The position numbers and the translations under genes were made by a program. The notes under the pieces are model-generated. The model saw nothing but the letters and a program-made list of their open reading frames with translations. It was not told the origin of the DNA and did no database searches. A stretch of DNA of 64,000 nt from positions 4,065 to 68,064 of the forward strand of contig CALVYN010000002.1 of the NCBI GenBank assembly GCA_944372245.1, written 5' to 3'. This DNA comes from an uncultured Bacilli bacterium. GTDB lineage: Bacteria; Bacillota_I; Bacilli_A; RFN20; CAG-288. This document shows positions 1 through 8,224 of the stretch, piece after piece (position 1 is the first letter of the stretch; each line of letters opens with the position of its first letter).

Positions 1-1850
1 CCGACCAGAACGATGCGAGCGGATACTGGCACGACAGCATGGCCCTCCCCGAAGATGCGGTGGCGCAGAACGGCGATAGCCGCTATGGCTATCGTATGAT
101 CACCGTCTACCGCTCGATGTCCTATGAGCAGTTCAACACCATCGGACTGGCGCGGACCGCGTATCAGGATAAGGTAGGCTGGACTCTCGGTTTCTCGGGC
201 TGGACCGCCGATAAGGCGTCCGCGGTCAAAAATATTCAGGACCGCCAGGGCGACTTCAAGTACGTCGATGCCTTCAACTCTCTGACCCTGCTCGATCAGT
301 CCGATGCCGACGGATCTCAGGCTGGCGACCACAAGATCTATCTCTATCCCATCTATACCACTGGCAAGGACTACAACCAGTCCACGAGCACTCAGCAGCC
401 TCTGATTCAAATCAGTGATAGCCAAGATCCCGCTAGGGGGACTGGTGACACCTCGCAGGGTTCCCTCTTCTTCTCGCAGGAGGGATACGGTGATGGCTCT
501 TTCTACTACTACAACAATCTGACTGTCACGGCGGACGATATTGCTAAGGACCGATACAACCTATCTATTCACGCCATTTTTTACAAGGATCCTTTGTTAG
601 GAAATAGGTATTCCAGTGGTTGGGGTGAAAATGGTAAGTGGGTTCCCTATTCCGGCGAGCTGTTCCATCGAGCTGGAACCTACAATATCAAGGTTGTCCT
701 GTATAACTGGATCTTCAAGGATAGGGATAGAAGTTTTGATAACTATCCTAGCTATGTTCAGAGCAACCTCTATTCGGAGGCGCTGACCAAGAAGGGCGAT
801 GGTGTCGTCGTCAACTACTTCCCGTTCATCTACGTTGGAGATGAATACAACATTTGGAATAGAGAAGGTATCTCCCCCTTCGTCGCCTTCGTCTTCGTGG
901 AGAGAGTGTACGAGTTCCGCCTGCTCGGTGGACCGGCTGTCACCTTCAACTACGACGGCGATGGAATCCGTCACTTCTACGATGGAGACATCTACGCCAG
1001 CGGCTATAACCCTCCCGCTGATCAGGAGGGACAATTCGTCATCACCTACGGCTTGAACAACATCTACGTCGATGCCTCCGGCGGCACCTTCACCGATACC
1101 GCTATCGGCAATCCCGAGGGCGACCAGGATACCTATAACGCCAGGGGCACCTTCAAGACCAACGTCTTCACTATCGATGCGCAGAATCTGATCGAGACCA
1201 GCGCCGGCTTCTGGACCAACAAGTTCCTCCCCTTCACCGCGGAGGAGCTGGCCTCGATGGGACAGCTCGACGGCTGCGAGTATCACACCCTCTCCTCCAC
1301 AGCGACGCCGGATGAGCTCCTGCAGCTGGCTGAGCATCAGACCAGTGCGGACGACACCGACTGGGACTACACCCTCAGCTCGAACCTCGGCGACTACATG
1401 GCGGCCTACCGTCCGCTGTTCAAGATCACGCAGACGGGCTACTACAACTTCCGCATCTCGGTCACCTACGACGGCAACGGCGCCGGCGATGCCGACAGCG
1501 CTATCCTCAACTACGTCGAGAGCATCAAGATCGCCGTGGCCCCCATCCGCGAGGAGCACTTCATCAAGATCTTCCTCAACGACAGCTTCAACTCGCTCGC
1601 CAGCGGCCCCTTCATCGACCATGAGGGCGCTCTGCCCGGCGGGAATCAGATCCTCTACACCTACAGCTTCCAGGAGCTCGGTGGCGAGCTCTCCGCGAGC
1701 ACGGTTTTCACCTCGGCCGGCGGTTCCTCCCTCACCTTCGGCGAGATCCTCCAGCAGTATGACATCTACGATCACGTCACCGGCGAGCGGGTGACGCCGG
1801 GGATGACCCTCGATCGGAACTACGTGTTCTACACGCAGGCTAAGAACTGA
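1..1850 (+). CDS. Hypothetical Tyr/Asn/Asp/Gly-rich protein, probably secreted/surface; 5' end likely truncated by window edge (frame open back to position 3)
   Basis: ORF 39..1850 with no in-frame stop upstream to window start; repetitive beta-rich composition (YYYNNLTV, FNYDGDG, TYGLNNIYVD); no recognisable enzymatic motif; rho-independent terminator immediately downstream. Confidence 0.5.
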   Translation, partial: DQNDASGYWHDSMALPEDAVAQNGDSRYGYRMITVYRSMSYEQFNTIGLARTAYQDKVGWTLGFSGWTADKASAVKNIQDRQGDFKYVDAFNSLTLLDQSDADGSQAGDHKIYLYPIYTTGKDYNQSTSTQQPLIQISDSQDPARGTGDTSQGSLFFSQEGYGDGSFYYYNNLTVTADDIAKDRYNLSIHAIFYKDPLLGNRYSSGWGENGKWVPYSGELFHRAGTYNIKVVLYNWIFKDRDRSFDNYPSYVQSNLYSEALTKKGDGVVVNYFPFIYVGDEYNIWNREGISPFVAFVFVERVYEFRLLGGPAVTFNYDGDGIRHFYDGDIYASGYNPPADQEGQFVITYGLNNIYVDASGGTFTDTAIGNPEGDQDTYNARGTFKTNVFTIDAQNLIETSAGFWTNKFLPFTAEELASMGQLDGCEYHTLSSTATPDELLQLAEHQTSADDTDWDYTLSSNLGDYMAAYRPLFKITQTGYYNFRISVTYDGNGAGDADSAILNYVESIKIAVAPIREEHFIKIFLNDSFNSLASGPFIDHEGALPGGNQILYTYSFQELGGELSASTVFTSAGGSSLTFGEILQQYDIYDHVTGERVTPGMTLDRNYVFYTQAKN

Positions 1851-1853
1851 TCA

Positions 1854-1892
1854 AAAAAACGTGCCTAATAGCACGTTTTTTATTTAACAACT
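1854..1892 (+). terminator. Rho-independent terminator (aaaaacgtgc-ctaatag-cacgtttttt)
   Basis: Perfect 9-bp inverted repeat followed by T-run directly after stop codon of upstream ORF. Confidence 0.7.
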
Positions 1893-1935
1893 TATAGCAG
1901 AACTTGCAGTTTGGGCGTGTGTTTCCCCAGGGGAC

Positions 1936-3210
1936 TCACCTCTTCCTTTCATTCAGAACATATCTTGCTGTGGAATCGCCTCGCCCTGTGATCTGAGCCT
2001 TGATGCTGGGGATGGAGAGGGCCAGGCTCAGGATGGAGAAAGGAGTCCAGGTGATGCCGCTGACGTGGGGAAGGTCTATTGAATCCTCCGAGGAGAAGGG
2101 GGCTTGCTGCACGCGCAGAGTCAGTGCCTTCTCCGCCCGCGCCAGGTTGAGTTGATGCGCGGAGATGAAAGTATCGCTCCCATCGAAGATATAGCGTCTC
2201 TTGAGGGAGCGAATCAGATCGATGGTGGGGATGGGACGAGCTTTGAGCTGGCTCGTGAAATCCCTTAGCTCCGATAGAGTGAAGCGTTCGCGCCCCCGGA
2301 TGAAGATCTCAAGATAGGTGAGCCTTGTGCCATCGGAGGAGGGAGCGATGACATTGGCCCCGACGGAGTACTTGCCATCCAAGAGAGCAGATAGGAGGCT
2401 AGAGGCGGTGCTCTGGTTCAGCTTCAGCTCGGCGATGGAGGAAAGGGAAGCGAGGAGGGGCATCAGCTCCTCGACAGTGATGAAGCCATGCTTCTCCACC
2501 CGGGCTCCGATTGCTGTCAGGATCTTTTTCTCATCTTCAGCATCGAGATCTAAAGCTTTGAGAGCGATGAACTCGTCCCCTCCTAGACTTACTAGATCCT
2601 TGCGGGCGTAGATCCTCGCCAGCAGGACTCGGCGGTTGAGACCGGGATTGCGCTGGCAGAGTTCGCCGACGCTGATGCGGTCGGCGGTAGCCACGATAGT
2701 TTCCAGATCTTGATTCTCTCGAGGCTTCTCGCCCTGGATCTGAACGTAATCCCGGCCGGTGATGAATCCCTCTTTCAGATGCGGGTCCAGGGCTGATTTG
2801 AGAATGTAGCGATTGGCAAAAGGCTGGTTGAAAGACCTAGAAAGCTGGGAGAGGATCTCTCCGTATGAGATCTTGCCCCGCTGTCTGATCAGGTTCAGGC
2901 AGAAATCGAGCTCCTCCTGTGAAAGCTGAGGGATAGATAGAGGGCTCGAAAAGACGCCGCGGTCGATCGAGGCGAAACCCAGGCGGTGGAGGGCGTTAGC
3001 GAGGCTCTTGGGGTCGCTGAAGCAGAGGGGGTCACCAGTCTTTTCCCGGTAGAGCTTCAAACCCTCCTCGTCGGCTCTCAGCCCCTGGGGGAAGAGCGCA
3101 TCAAAGGTAGCGTAGGTCTCCTCGAGAGCCTGCGCTTTGGAGACTGAGATCCCCGCGAGGAGCTGGGTCTTCTCGGGCTTCTGCTCACCTGGCTGCTGTC
3201 TGTTCTTCAT
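1936..3210 (-). CDS. Hypothetical protein (424 aa), no recognisable motif; last gene of DUF368 operon
   Basis: Long ORF, overlaps upstream ORF by 26 nt (translational coupling); no homology recognised from sequence. Confidence 0.5.
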   Translation of the reverse strand: MKNRQQPGEQKPEKTQLLAGISVSKAQALEETYATFDALFPQGLRADEEGLKLYREKTGDPLCFSDPKSLANALHRLGFASIDRGVFSSPLSIPQLSQEELDFCLNLIRQRGKISYGEILSQLSRSFNQPFANRYILKSALDPHLKEGFITGRDYVQIQGEKPRENQDLETIVATADRISVGELCQRNPGLNRRVLLARIYARKDLVSLGGDEFIALKALDLDAEDEKKILTAIGARVEKHGFITVEELMPLLASLSSIAELKLNQSTASSLLSALLDGKYSVGANVIAPSSDGTRLTYLEIFIRGRERFTLSELRDFTSQLKARPIPTIDLIRSLKRRYIFDGSDTFISAHQLNLARAEKALTLRVQQAPFSSEDSIDLPHVSGITWTPFSILSLALSIPSIKAQITGRGDSTARYVLNERKR

Positions 3211-3832
3211 GGCTGTCCTCTTCCGCCTGCCTGAAGCAGACCTCGGCTAGGGTGCGCCGGAAGCGGCGCTGGAAGGCCTTGGACTCGGGTCGCTCGATGA
3301 AGTAGATGGTCACTGCCTCCCAGACGAAGACCCAGGCGGCGATATCGAGGACCTCCGAGATCGTGGACCAGGTCACGCTGTCGGCGGAGAGCCACTCCAG
3401 GCCGTTGCACAGGGCGTTGAAGATGAGGATCAGGATGCCGAAGACCAGGAGGGCCAGGGCGACGATGTTCTCCACCTTGGTGTGTCTGACGGAGATGTGC
3501 TCGGAGAGAAAGAGCGAGTCGACAAAGAACCTCTCGCACTCCTCTCCGGTGTGTCCCTGGAGGTCGCTGACGGCGATATCGAACTTGAGGCGATATCCGA
3601 ACGGGCGGTGCTTCGCCAGGCTCGAGATGGTCTCCAGAGCCTCCTGGCGCACCATGGGGGCGCCGCCCTCGCGGCAGCCCTGGGCGGTGAAGACATCCTC
3701 GAAGCGGTCAAAGCGCAGGTGGATGGTCATCAGCCGCGCGGTCTCATCCAGGTCGAAGCGATCCTTTAAGAGCGCTCTGACGCGCTCCCGCTCCTCGCTC
3801 TTTAAGAGCGATCTCTTACAGTCGAGCTTCAC
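3185..3832 (-). CDS. Hypothetical membrane protein (215 aa; soluble N-terminal domain, two C-terminal TM helices)
   Basis: Hydrophobic stretches IVALALLVFGILILIF and ISEVLDIAAWVFVWEAVTIYF; start overlaps stop of upstream DUF368 gene by 4 nt. Confidence 0.5.
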   Translation of the reverse strand: MKLDCKRSLLKSEERERVRALLKDRFDLDETARLMTIHLRFDRFEDVFTAQGCREGGAPMVRQEALETISSLAKHRPFGYRLKFDIAVSDLQGHTGEECERFFVDSLFLSEHISVRHTKVENIVALALLVFGILILIFNALCNGLEWLSADSVTWSTISEVLDIAAWVFVWEAVTIYFIERPESKAFQRRFRRTLAEVCFRQAEEDSHEEQTAAR

Positions 3833-5115
3833 CGCGCCGAGGTCTCCTTCAGGCTCTGGGCCCTCTTGGCCCTTCTAGACTCGAAGATGACCAGGGCCAG
3901 GGAGATGGCTAGACCGACGACTAGAAGGGCGGCACCGAGGCCCAGGTCCAGACCCATGGAGACGCTGGCTGAGGACATGCCGGTCTCGGCCCAGGCGGTG
4001 TAGGTGGCGAAGATCTCGGGGTTGTAGAACATGCAGATGATCGAGCCGATCGACAGGCCGACGATGGGGAAGAAGGTGGTCTGGCGGGCCTTTCTAAAGA
4101 GGGCGTTCATGATCTTGGAGATGACGAATAGGCCGACTAAAAAGCCCAGGGCGAGGCAGACGTAGACTAAGAGGACGGCGGGATTGCTCTTCCAGTAGGT
4201 GAGGCTGATGCTGTCGATCAGGGCGGTGAAGTAGCCGATCATCATCAGGAAGGAGGAGGCGGACAGGCCGGGGATGATCTGGGTGGCGGCCACGACGATG
4301 CCGGCCAGGAACATGCAGATGTACTCCCACCAGCTGATCTGGGCCAGCGGGTCGCCGGTCCCGCTCTCGATGATGTTGGTGCTCAGGACGGAGATGACGA
4401 TGGGAATGATGATACCCAGGCAAAGGAGGATGATCCTCAGCGGCGACTTCTTTGCCCCCTTGATCTCAGCATGGACCGAGGGGAAGGCGCCGATCATGAG
4501 GCCACCGAAGAGGCAGACGATGGCGAAGGGGATGTAATCGAGGGCGTATTTGACACCGAAGAAGCCCAAGATCACACCGACGATTGCACCGATGATGAGG
4601 GGAAGAAGCCAGAGAACCGCTCTCTTGAATCTCTTAAAGATTGAGGAGAGGGCCAGGATGATGCGGTCGTACAGCTTGAAGATGATGGAGATGGTCGCGC
4701 CCGAGATGCCGGGGACGATGACGGCCAGGCCGATGAAGAAGCCGTTCAGCGCGGTGAGGAGCCAGCTGCCGGTGGAGTGCTTGGCCAGCGCCTTGTCCTC
4801 CGGAGTCTCGAAGTCGTCGTCATCGATATCCCAGCTGCGCCGCTTCCGGGTTTTCTCTTCGGTCTGGCTGGTCTGGGCGGCCTCCTCCTTGGAGACGCTC
4901 TCTTCACAGGGAGGCAGGGCCGTCTCTAAAGCCGTGCGAGCCTCGTCGGGCTGAGTCTCCTCCTCAGGCGCTAGAGAGGTGATGTCGGCCAGGCTCTCAT
5001 CCAGCATCGCGGCGATCTGGGCCTCGTGGGATGCCCGATTAGCCGCCTTTTGGATGCGCCGCCGGCGCTGACGCTGCAGGGCTTCTTGCCCCGCACTAAA
5101 GGATCTGTCGCTCAT
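3829..5115 (-). CDS. DUF368 family polytopic membrane protein (candidate undecaprenyl-phosphate recycling transporter family) with about 110-aa charged N-terminal extension
   Basis: Repeated PG(I/L)S(G/A) motifs (VPGISGATISII, IPGLSASSFLMM) characteristic of DUF368; about 8 predicted TM segments. Confidence 0.6.
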   Translation of the reverse strand: MSDRSFSAGQEALQRQRRRRIQKAANRASHEAQIAAMLDESLADITSLAPEEETQPDEARTALETALPPCEESVSKEEAAQTSQTEEKTRKRRSWDIDDDDFETPEDKALAKHSTGSWLLTALNGFFIGLAVIVPGISGATISIIFKLYDRIILALSSIFKRFKRAVLWLLPLIIGAIVGVILGFFGVKYALDYIPFAIVCLFGGLMIGAFPSVHAEIKGAKKSPLRIILLCLGIIIPIVISVLSTNIIESGTGDPLAQISWWEYICMFLAGIVVAATQIIPGLSASSFLMMIGYFTALIDSISLTYWKSNPAVLLVYVCLALGFLVGLFVISKIMNALFRKARQTTFFPIVGLSIGSIICMFYNPEIFATYTAWAETGMSSASVSMGLDLGLGAALLVVGLAISLALVIFESRRAKRAQSLKETSAR

Positions 5116-5244
5116 GGGTCAGTGCTGCCTCCTTTGAGCGTGAGAGAGGTGCCGTTCAAACAGAGAGCAACCGCGCCCCTCAGCTCGTTCCAGCGGGTAA
5201 TATACTCTATATCTGCTAAAGATATTTTCTCAGGGAGGAAAGAC

Positions 5245-5901
5245 ATGGAATTCAGCTTCAGCGATATCGATTGGAGGTCGCTCCTCCTCAAGCGCTACCG
5301 CGGCTATGGCCTGGGCGAGAACGAGGTCATGGTCCTGCTGGTGGCCGACCAGATCCAGAAGATCGACCCCACGGCCCCGATCACCTCGGAGACCCTCTCC
5401 GGGTACATGACCATCACCAGCGAGGAGATCGACGCCTGCCTCGAGCGGCTGATGAACCGCAAGCTGATCGCCTACGTCATCGAGGGCACCGTGGCCAAGC
5501 TCTCCTTCGAGGGGCTGTTCAACAAGCTCTTCGCCGACCTGCAGAAGGACATCACGCTCAAGCGCGATGACGGAGGAAAGCGCCTCTCGGAGATCCACGC
5601 CTACCTCCTCCAGGAGCTCAACCGCCCCTCCTTCTCCCCCGTGGAGCAGGACAAGATCGCCGCCATGGTGAGCGAGGGCGCGACCATCAAGATGTTCCGC
5701 ACGGCGGTGAATAACATCCGCTCCAAGAGCAATCGGGTCACGATGACCCGCCTCTCCCAGGAGATTTTGCGCCTGGAGAAGGAGAGCGACTTCGACAAGG
5801 AGGGCTACACCGTCCGCAACGAGGTGGTCAGGGATACCCGCAAGCTCAATGAGACCCTGGCCCACGACTGGGTCAACGACGACTCCGACGACGAGGAGTA
5901 G
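5245..5901 (+). CDS. dnaD: DnaD-domain replication initiation/membrane attachment protein
   Basis: GGAGG RBS 8 nt before ATG at 5245; C-terminal DnaD-like (DDBH2) segment FSPVEQDKIAAMVSEG...ILRLEK; conserved Firmicutes synteny dnaD-nth. Confidence 0.6.
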   Translation: MEFSFSDIDWRSLLLKRYRGYGLGENEVMVLLVADQIQKIDPTAPITSETLSGYMTITSEEIDACLERLMNRKLIAYVIEGTVAKLSFEGLFNKLFADLQKDITLKRDDGGKRLSEIHAYLLQELNRPSFSPVEQDKIAAMVSEGATIKMFRTAVNNIRSKSNRVTMTRLSQEILRLEKESDFDKEGYTVRNEVVRDTRKLNETLAHDWVNDDSDDEE

Positions 5902-5906
5902 ATGCT

Positions 5907-6557
5907 TTGACCAACCGCGAGAAGGCTATTCTCATCAAGAGGTTTCTCGATGCCGAGTACGGCCAGGTCCAGACCTTTCTCCACTTTCAGAAGGACCAGC
6001 CCTGGCAGTTCCTCCTCTCTGTGATGCTCTCGGCCCAGGCGACCGACCGCTCGGTCAACCAGGTCACCCCGCATCTCTTTGCGGCCTATCCCACCCTGGA
6101 GGCACTGGCTCTAGCCGACCCTTTGGATGTCGAGAGGATCGTCCACTCGGTCGGCCTGGCGCCGACCAAGTCCAAGAACCTGGTGCGGACTGCAGAGATT
6201 CTCGTCTCCGAATACGGAGGTCAGATCCCCCGCGACCGCGAGAAGCTCACCGCCCTCCCGGGGGTGGGGTACAAGACGGCCGGCGTATTCCTCGGGGAGA
6301 TCTACGACTTTCCCTACATCCCAGTGGACACCCACGTGGAGCGGGTGGCTAGGACGCTGGGCTTGGTCCGAAAGGACCTGGATCGAGTCCAGATCGAGGC
6401 GAGCTTGGAGCGCTCCTTCAAGGGCTTGGGCGATCTCATCAACACCCACCGGCAGCTGATCCTCTTCGGGCGGACCTTCTGCCGGCCCGGGGTGACCAGG
6501 GAGCAGTGCTGGAGCTACATCCGAAGGAGACTAGAGGAAAAAGAGGCGGGCCGCTAG
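5907..6557 (+). CDS. nth: Endonuclease III (DNA-(apurinic/apyrimidinic site) lyase)
   Basis: HhH-GPD motif LPGVGYKTAGVFLGE, catalytic K/D region, C-terminal 4Cys cluster CRPGVTREQCWSY; TTG start per ORF track. Confidence 0.85.
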   Translation: MTNREKAILIKRFLDAEYGQVQTFLHFQKDQPWQFLLSVMLSAQATDRSVNQVTPHLFAAYPTLEALALADPLDVERIVHSVGLAPTKSKNLVRTAEILVSEYGGQIPRDREKLTALPGVGYKTAGVFLGEIYDFPYIPVDTHVERVARTLGLVRKDLDRVQIEASLERSFKGLGDLINTHRQLILFGRTFCRPGVTREQCWSYIRRRLEEKEAGR

Positions 6558-6570
6558 GCCCGTCTCTTTT

Positions 6571-7212
6571 CTATAATTCGGGGTTGCTAGGGTCGAAAGG
6601 TGTTTTGAAATACTCCTCGTCTATGGCCTTCAATATCTCGAGCCTGGGGGCGTAGCCCTGGGTGATGAGCCGGCCCTTCTCCTGGAACAGCTCGCGCTTG
6701 AAGCCCGAGCGGGAGCCCTGCTTGAGGGCCGAGTCGAGGATGTAGTGGGCATCCAGGAGGTAGACCTCCTGGCGCTTGGTGAAACAGACGAGGAAGAAGC
6801 CGATGCCGCCCAGCTTGAGCACCAGGTCGAGGTGGGTAAGCTGCTGGGGGCGGATGTTGGTGAGCTCCAGGGTGTCCTTGGAGCTCTCCTTGCACTCGAA
6901 GTCGATGTATCTTGAACGGTAGACTCCGACGAAGTCGGTGGTCGACTTCTCCGCGAAGAAGGACGAGGTGATGTGGCTGGGGTTCTGGGGGTCGACCTTG
7001 ACGATCCGGATCGGGGTCGGGCGTTTGTAGATTGCCGCCCAGCCCCGCTTTTGGAAGATCTGGCAGGAGGAGATGACATCGGACTCCAGCTGCATGCCCA
7101 TGTTGGCGCGGCCGCCGGCCCGGCGGCGCACCTGCTTTTCGCCCGTCTGCTGCTTGATCTGGCTGACCGCCTGGTTGAAGGTCTTGCCGTTTGGATACTT
7201 GATCTGACTCAT
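6571..7212 (-). CDS. recU: Holliday junction resolvase RecU
   Basis: Near full-length similarity to Bacillus RecU (IKYPNGKTF, KRPTPI, TDFVGVYRSRYIDFECKE, LGYAPR). Confidence 0.85.
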   Translation of the reverse strand: MSQIKYPNGKTFNQAVSQIKQQTGEKQVRRRAGGRANMGMQLESDVISSCQIFQKRGWAAIYKRPTPIRIVKVDPQNPSHITSSFFAEKSTTDFVGVYRSRYIDFECKESSKDTLELTNIRPQQLTHLDLVLKLGGIGFFLVCFTKRQEVYLLDAHYILDSALKQGSRSGFKRELFQEKGRLITQGYAPRLEILKAIDEEYFKTPFDPSNPEL

Positions 7213-7943
7213 CCGAAATAGTCCTCCAGATAGGCTTTGAAGGCCTTAGAGTCAATGGTCTCTCCGCGCTCCAGCCGCCTGATCAGAGGCTCGATGATGG
7301 CCCCGGTCTTCTTGGAGGTGGAGACGTTGCGCAGGAACCAGGACGAGAGGATGTCGGAGCGGGTGGAGACGGCCTTGAAGAGGTTCATCAGGTTCTCCGC
7401 ATCGTAGAGGGGGTCGTGGGCGTGCTTGAGGTCGCCGGCCTGGAAGATCTCTAGGAGCTTGGGCTGGGAGTAGGTGATGTGCTTGCCGTCGTAGACGAAG
7501 CGGGAGATGAACTCCTGCAGGTCGAACCAGTTCTTGCGGATGTGGTTGTAGAAGTTCATCGCCTTGCCGGTGGGGTCCTTGAGCGCGGAGACGCGCAGCA
7601 TGGCGATGTCCTGGTTGCCGAAGGTGATGTACCTCCGCTTGCCGCCGGGCACCTTGGTGACCTCGATCAGCTCTGCGACCGCCCTGTCGAAGGAGATGCC
7701 CTCCGTCGCCAGGGTCTGCTCGGTGATGCCGGTCAGGATGGTCACCACCTGGCCGACCCGGGTGTCGGTCTTGATGTAGCGCTTGAAGAACTTGACGGGA
7801 TGCCCCTTCAGAGGGAGGAGGTGCTGGTCGCACATGTAGGCGCAGGCGCCGATTGCGATGGTCTCATGGGAGAGCTGAGCGCCCTCCAGATCCATGAAGA
7901 CCAGCTCGCGGGCCGGTCCGATCTCATCTTCCAAAAGCTTCAT
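7209..7943 (-). CDS. DEDDh-family 3'-5' exonuclease (DnaQ/KapD-like)
   Basis: Exo I VFMDLEG, Exo II region ITFGNQDIAML, Exo III HDPLYDAENL (H-x4-D). Confidence 0.7.
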   Translation of the reverse strand: MKLLEDEIGPARELVFMDLEGAQLSHETIAIGACAYMCDQHLLPLKGHPVKFFKRYIKTDTRVGQVVTILTGITEQTLATEGISFDRAVAELIEVTKVPGGKRRYITFGNQDIAMLRVSALKDPTGKAMNFYNHIRKNWFDLQEFISRFVYDGKHITYSQPKLLEIFQAGDLKHAHDPLYDAENLMNLFKAVSTRSDILSSWFLRNVSTSKKTGAIIEPLIRRLERGETIDSKAFKAYLEDYFG

Positions 7944-8047
7944 CGACAGCCTCCATCGCCGGGCAGATATCTCATAAAAGAATATAGAGCGTGAGTATCC
8001 TCGCTCGCAAACTGCTATGATGAAAGCGGTTTAAGGAGGATGTTCAC

Positions 8048-8224
8048 ATGGAGAACAATAGCCGGGATCTCATCGATCTGGTCGGTATCCGCACCCCCGA
8101 TTACCTCGAGAGCGAGAGCGAGCGCCTCGCTCGCCGCGCGCGGTTGACACGGCAGGCGCGGGCCGGGGCGACGCACCTGGCCGAGATCGAGGCTCTGATC
8201 AAGGAGAGCATCGAGGAGGATTAG
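8048..8224 (+). CDS. Small hypothetical protein (58 aa)
   Basis: AAGGAGG RBS 8-9 nt upstream of ATG; extended -10 TGcTATGAT upstream; not in ORF track (below length cut-off); convergent with mnmG stop. Confidence 0.25.
   Translation: MENNSRDLIDLVGIRTPDYLESESERLARRARLTRQARAGATHLAEIEALIKESIEED

Noticed and set aside
597-1775. 392-aa minus-strand ORF antisense to the first gene (and similar long antisense ORFs: 10140-11339 (+), 24697-26127 (-), 26054-27727 (-), 28072-29343 (-), 29546-31534 (-), 33858-35498 (-), 50671-51624 (-), 53199-55340 (-), 59346-60851 (-), 61676-62668 (-), 62824-63783 (-))
   Set aside because: Their translations are low-complexity and Ala/Gly/Arg/Asp-rich, typical of stop-codon-poor antisense frames in high-GC DNA. 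Each lies fully inside a well-supported gene on the other strand.
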